Assembly: GCA_017447875.1 (NCBI GenBank)
Contig: JAFSMP010000022.1
Span: 366 to 64,365, forward strand
Reading direction: 5' to 3'
DNA: 64,000 nt
DNA from: Paludibacteraceae bacterium
GTDB lineage: Bacteria > Bacteroidota > Bacteroidia > Bacteroidales > Paludibacteraceae
Shown: positions 60,204 through 64,000 of the stretch, piece by piece
Position numbering within the stretch: the stretch's first letter is position 1
Layout of the letters: each line of letters opens with the position of its first letter
The notes under the pieces: generated by a model
What the model was told of the DNA's origin: nothing
The model's input: only the letters and a program-made list of their open reading frames with translations
Database searches by the model: none
Made by a program: the position numbers and the translations under genes

Positions 60204-62800
60204 AACGATTTATCCTTTGTCTGATGTCCGTTGTGACATTGTCGTTTGCGAACGCCGTCAATTACTGTGCCTCCCAAAGTTGGGGTTATGGCAGTAGTGC
60301 TACCGGTGGCGGCAGTGCAACACCTACCCTGGTAAGCTCTGTGAGCGAACTGAAGTCTGCTGTGGGCAGTAAGGCCAAGAACAAGGTGGTGATCATCACC
60401 AAGGACCTGACGTTCACCTCCATGCTGACGATGCAGGATGCGCAGAACGTGACGATCATGGCGCTACCGGGTGTCAAACTGATCAGCGAGAAACAGGATG
60501 CCACCAATTCGGGAATCTTATTCGTCAAAAAGTCCTCGAATATTATTATCCGCAACTTGACCTTCGTCGGTCCGGGTGCGTATGACTGCGACGGTAATGA
60601 TAACCTGTGCTTCGAGAAAGTGACGAACGCATGGGTGGATCACTGCGATTTCCAGGACGGCTGTGACGGTAACTTCGATAACAAGAGTACGACGGATAAC
60701 GTGACGGTCAGCTGGTGCCGTTTCCGGTACCTGAAAGCCCCCAAAGCCGGTGGTTCGGGTGGTGCGGATGACCACCGTTTCACGAACCTGCTGGGTGCCT
60801 CTTCGTCGGATGCACCGTCAGACGGTACGTATAACTTCACCTGGGCTTACTGCTGGTGGGACGAAGGATGTAAGGAGCGTATGATTCGTTGCCGTAATGC
60901 GGAACTGCATTTCCTGAACTGCTACTGGAACAGTTCGGCGGCCAATTACTACGTCGGTCCGGAGAATGCGAAAGCGTATTTCGAGGGTTGTACGTTTGAA
61001 GGCAAGGCCAACACCACCAAGTTGATCTTCAAGTCGTACGGTGGTACAAACGCCTGCAAGTTCGTTAACTGCTCCGGCAAACTGCCGTCGAACAGCGGTA
61101 CGGTGAATGCACCGACTTATACGTATGACAAACTGTCGGCAGCGGATGCGAAGAGCTATGTGACTAACAGCTCATGCGGTGCCGGTGCGACACTGACGGT
61201 GAACAGCAAAGGGGAGGTGGGTTCCTCCTGCGACGGTGGTTCGACGCCTACTCCTGATCCCGATCCTACACCGGATCCCGATCCGGACCCGACACCGAGC
61301 GGTGACATCACCTGGAACTTCTCCACGAGTGATTTCAATGCCTTAGGTACTATTTCTGCTACCACCACCGTCAAAGGACTCACGATAGCAGCTACCAGTG
61401 GAGCGACCGTAATAGTGGAGGCCAGTTCAAAGACTATTGACGGCACCGCGTTCACTCATCGCTTGAAACTTGGTGGTACAGGTGCTGCTGCATCGCGTAA
61501 CCTCAGTTTTGCCGTCACGGGTGCATGTACGATTGAGCTCTACGCAGTCAGTTCCAGTTCGCAAACCGGCAATGAGCGTACGATGAATATCTATACCGGC
61601 AGTTATGGAGGAACGCCTTTTACAACGCTCAATATAGGTTTGAGTGCAGCCAAAATATCGTATGCGTACACCGGTGGTGCGACGACGATCTATATGGGTA
61701 GCGCCGGCAGCGGCATCAACCTCTATGCCATCAACCTGGTGTACAGCGGAGAGACACCGGTGACACCGACCTACACGCTCAGTTACGATGAGAACGGCGG
61801 TAGCGGAGAGATGGAAGATCAGACGGTGGAAGAAGGAAAGAGCGTGACGGTGAAAGCCAATGCGTTCACGGCACCGACCGGATACAGTTTCCAGGAATGG
61901 AACAACAACGCCAAGGGTTCGGGCACCAAATATACGGCAGGGCAGAGCGTGAAGATGACCGCAGACCTGACCTTGTACGCCGTGTGGGCAGCCAAGACCT
62001 ACACCGTGACGCTGAACGCTAACGGCGGCACGGGTGGTACGACAAGTGTGCAGGCTGTGTTCGATGAACCGATGCCGAACATCACGATCCCGAGTAAGTC
62101 CGGTTATACGTTCTTAGGTTATTTCGATGCCCGGAACAAGCAGTACTACGATGCCAACGGTGCCAGCACAAACAGTTGGACCACGGCTGCTAACGCGACG
62201 CTGACCGCAGCATGGGAGGAGCAGAGCGGAGAGACACCGGTGGTGACGGGTGATCTGCATTTCTGGTTCTTCTACCCGGCGGATGCCACGAGCAATGGCG
62301 TAAGTAATGACGAGACGGTGTTCAGCAACATGTTCTCCTCCACCAGCAGCCAGGCCGGCAGCATCACCATCGACGGGAAGAGTTACTCCATCACCAAACG
62401 TTCGGGTGACACACCTAAGTTCGGTGAGTTCACCATCCCGAGCGGCAAGAAAGGTATCTTCTACGCGATCGCCGTTTCGTCGGGTGGCAGCAGCCGTCAG
62501 ATCAACCTCATCCGCGGAGAAGAGAAGATCGAGTTCGAAGTGCCTGGCGGCAGCAGCACATACCAGCGTCTGGAGAGCGACGAGCTGTCGGCAGGTACGT
62601 ACAGTATCGAGCGCGAGGGATCGGGTAACGTGCGTTTGGGCATGATTGCCTTGAAGATCACCGATGGTGACGGTTCGACGACCGAAGCGATCCGGGCGAC
62701 GACAGACGAACAGCCGCGGAGCCGGAAGATCCTGCGCAATGGACAGATCATCATCCTGCGCGACAATAAGACGTATGATATATTAGGTCAGAGACGTTGA
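60200..62800 (+). CDS. pectate-lyase-like (PL1-type beta-helix) protein with Listeria-Bacteroides repeats and T9SS C-terminal domain
   Basis: Signal peptide. WVDHCDF, DGNFDNK and RMIRCRNAELHFLNCYWN resemble PL1 catalytic blocks. PTPDPDP linker. Two repeats of the type TYTVTLNANGGTGG...GYTFLGYF. C-terminus KILRNGQIIILRDNKTYDILGQR. Confidence 0.75.
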   Translation: MKRFILCLMSVVTLSFANAVNYCASQSWGYGSSATGGGSATPTLVSSVSELKSAVGSKAKNKVVIITKDLTFTSMLTMQDAQNVTIMALPGVKLISEKQDATNSGILFVKKSSNIIIRNLTFVGPGAYDCDGNDNLCFEKVTNAWVDHCDFQDGCDGNFDNKSTTDNVTVSWCRFRYLKAPKAGGSGGADDHRFTNLLGASSSDAPSDGTYNFTWAYCWWDEGCKERMIRCRNAELHFLNCYWNSSAANYYVGPENAKAYFEGCTFEGKANTTKLIFKSYGGTNACKFVNCSGKLPSNSGTVNAPTYTYDKLSAADAKSYVTNSSCGAGATLTVNSKGEVGSSCDGGSTPTPDPDPTPDPDPDPTPSGDITWNFSTSDFNALGTISATTTVKGLTIAATSGATVIVEASSKTIDGTAFTHRLKLGGTGAAASRNLSFAVTGACTIELYAVSSSSQTGNERTMNIYTGSYGGTPFTTLNIGLSAAKISYAYTGGATTIYMGSAGSGINLYAINLVYSGETPVTPTYTLSYDENGGSGEMEDQTVEEGKSVTVKANAFTAPTGYSFQEWNNNAKGSGTKYTAGQSVKMTADLTLYAVWAAKTYTVTLNANGGTGGTTSVQAVFDEPMPNITIPSKSGYTFLGYFDARNKQYYDANGASTNSWTTAANATLTAAWEEQSGETPVVTGDLHFWFFYPADATSNGVSNDETVFSNMFSSTSSQAGSITIDGKSYSITKRSGDTPKFGEFTIPSGKKGIFYAIAVSSGGSSRQINLIRGEEKIEFEVPGGSSTYQRLESDELSAGTYSIEREGSGNVRLGMIALKITDGDGSTTEAIRATTDEQPRSRKILRNGQIIILRDNKTYDILGQRR

Positions 62801-63828
62801 CCGGTGATCGTATAACGAACACCTGCACGCTCAATGAGCAGCGTGCCGTTCCATAAGATCTTATGACACTCAGACGGGGCATCGGTAATTCCGATGCCTT
62901 GTTCGTCATGGATCTCTCCTCCGAGGTTCATTGCCACCAGATAGGGGTCATGGTCGGAATAACGGGAGTAATAATTGGAGGAGTACTCACAGGTCGTATT
63001 GATATGCCAAACGGCGGCGCCGGTGATCTGCGAAGCCATGGAGGCGTTCGCCAGCGCATGGTCGATGATCTCCTCCTGTCCGCGGTAACAATAGGTGTAG
63101 GCCTCGTCATTGTAACGCAGCAGTTGCTCGGCATAACCTGCGTCCACCAGGATCGACAGCGCCTCTTCGTTCATCTGCGCATTCAGGTCACCCAAGACCA
63201 GGATATCGGGGTCTTTGATCTTGTAGGAGGTATTCAGTCCGTTCAGTAACCAGTTGGCGTTCTCCACCCGCTTGGCGATAGAAGCCGAATCGGAATTGGC
63301 CTTGAAATGGTTCATCGAGAGGGTGAAGCGCTCGCCGGTACTCAGTTCTTCCCATGCCTGAATACGCATGACGTTCTTGTAGTAGGTGACGGTCGTAGCG
63401 GCATAATTCGTTCCGTACGGTTTGACTTTGTCGGTCCGGTAGATAAAACCCGATTTGAGGGCATTGTCATAGCGGTCGGTAGTGATATTGATGCCGTCCG
63501 AGATCGTAGCATAACGGGTCGTACCGACGGCCGCATTGAGCGAATCCACGAGCTGCTGCAGCACGATCGGCTTGGCTTCCACCTCGCAGAAGGCATAGAT
63601 ATCCGCATCGGCGGTGAGCATCATCACCATGATCCGACGGGTCTTCGTAGCCCTGCCTGCATCGTCGTTGTACGAAGGTCGGGACGACTCGTCGTAGTTG
63701 TAATAGTAGTTCTGCAGATTATTCCCCAGCACCCGGATCCGTCCGTTTCCTACGTTCGGCAGGGGCACGGCAGCCTGCGCCGTCAGCGCCATCCCTACCA
63801 AGATCCATATGAATCCATGCTTTTTCAT
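62788..63828 (-). CDS. endonuclease/exonuclease/phosphatase (EEP) family protein with T9SS C-terminal domain
   Basis: Signal peptide MKKHGFIWILVGMALTAQA. EEP blocks IYAFCEVE, LVLGDLNA, YSDHDP. C-terminus KILWNGTLLIERAGVRYTITGQR. Start moved to the ATG at 63828. Confidence 0.82.
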   Translation of the reverse strand: MKKHGFIWILVGMALTAQAAVPLPNVGNGRIRVLGNNLQNYYYNYDESSRPSYNDDAGRATKTRRIMVMMLTADADIYAFCEVEAKPIVLQQLVDSLNAAVGTTRYATISDGINITTDRYDNALKSGFIYRTDKVKPYGTNYAATTVTYYKNVMRIQAWEELSTGERFTLSMNHFKANSDSASIAKRVENANWLLNGLNTSYKIKDPDILVLGDLNAQMNEEALSILVDAGYAEQLLRYNDEAYTYCYRGQEEIIDHALANASMASQITGAAVWHINTTCEYSSNYYSRYSDHDPYLVAMNLGGEIHDEQGIGITDAPSECHKILWNGTLLIERAGVRYTITGQRL

Positions 63829-63849
63829 GCGTATTATCTTTTGCGGCTG

Positions 63850-63881
63850 CAAAGTTACAACAAAAAAATGACATATGCAAG
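63850..63881 (-). promoter_or_regulatory. promoter of the EEP nuclease gene (CTTG-N20-TAACTTTG)
   Basis: Minus strand CTTGCATATGTCATTTTTTTGTTGTAACTTTGCAGCC. The -7 box lies 22 nt upstream of the ATG. Confidence 0.65.
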
Positions 63882-63894
63882 TTTTTTTGCAAAT

Positions 63895-63926
63895 AAACAA
63901 AAAAAGCGACCCCGAAGGATCGCTTT
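63895..63926 (-). terminator. rho-independent terminator of a gene entering from the right edge
   Basis: Stem AAAGCGA/TCGCTTT with a 10-nt loop, followed on the minus strand by TTTTTTGTTTATTT. Confidence 0.7.
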
Positions 63927-63941
63927 CCGATGCGAGACGGC

Positions 63942-64000
63942 TTAGCCTTGCGGGTGCGCTGCGTCGTACTCCGCACCACAAACAGACCACAGGTAAGCGT
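63942..64000 (-). CDS. 3' end of an unidentified gene (only 19 codons visible)
   Basis: Open minus-strand frame ...AYLWSVCGAEYDAAHPQG then TAA (63942-63944), followed by the terminator above. Too short to identify. Confidence 0.3.
   Translation of the reverse strand, partial: AYLWSVCGAEYDAAHPQG

Noticed and set aside
61243-61300. Repetitive CCGATCC/GATCCC DNA in the pectate-lyase-like gene.
   Set aside because: It is an ordinary in-frame Pro/Thr/Asp linker (PTPDPDPTPDPDPDPTP) between domains, common in secreted multidomain proteins. I do not treat it as part of the non-triplet array phenomenon.
1-64000. CRISPR array or other spacer-containing repeat array.
   Set aside because: All tandem repeats seen have 7-17 nt units with no intervening unique spacers. 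No 25-40 nt repeat/spacer periodicity is visible anywhere.

Overview
This looks like a Bacteroidota (Bacteroidales-like) chromosomal segment. Three things support that: a complete T9SS core operon (porP-porK-porL-porM-porN); about 14 promoters of the Bacteroidetes type (TTTG, 20 nt, TAnnTTTG); and no Shine-Dalgarno signals. I recognise about 50 genes, almost all on the minus strand in tight, often overlapping operons.

**Housekeeping genes:** pfp, ispG, htrA, leuS, tkt, serS, rpmA, rplU, polA, ung, queA, truB, uppP, ftsX, ybeY. There are three tRNAs: Gln-CTG, Lys-TTT and Arg-ACG.

**Accessory-looking content:**
- A tyrosine recombinase, Fic protein and esterase patch next to tRNA-Gln, plus a second, non-canonical Fic gene.
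- A four-gene envelope-modification cluster resembling Arn/Lgm: a GtrA-deacetylase fusion, a sulfatase-family transferase, a GT2 and a GT87-like GT-C.
- Four proteins with T9SS C-terminal sorting domains: an M6 metalloprotease of 1561 aa, a 1439-aa protein of unknown function, a pectate-lyase-like protein and an EEP nuclease.
- A 1594-aa protein that reads as a TamB-like N-terminal part fused to an Omp85 barrel.

**Most unusual sequence-level signals:**
1. A dense population of short degenerate tandem arrays with units of 7, 9, 11, 12 and 17 nt. They sit at gene junctions and inside ORFs, where non-triplet units are read in several frames. Two unit families recur at unlinked loci.
2. A PolA whose 3'-5' exonuclease domain has collapsed to a vestige.
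3. An in-frame mini-ORF with a sorting-signal-like tail ahead of a T9SS cargo gene. That gene also has a leader of about 680 nt containing a promoter plus a terminator.
4. A canonical promoter pointing antisense through tRNA-Lys towards ispG.

No CRISPR array, rRNA or transposase is visible. All calls come from reading the sequence and from remembered family motifs. No database search was run.
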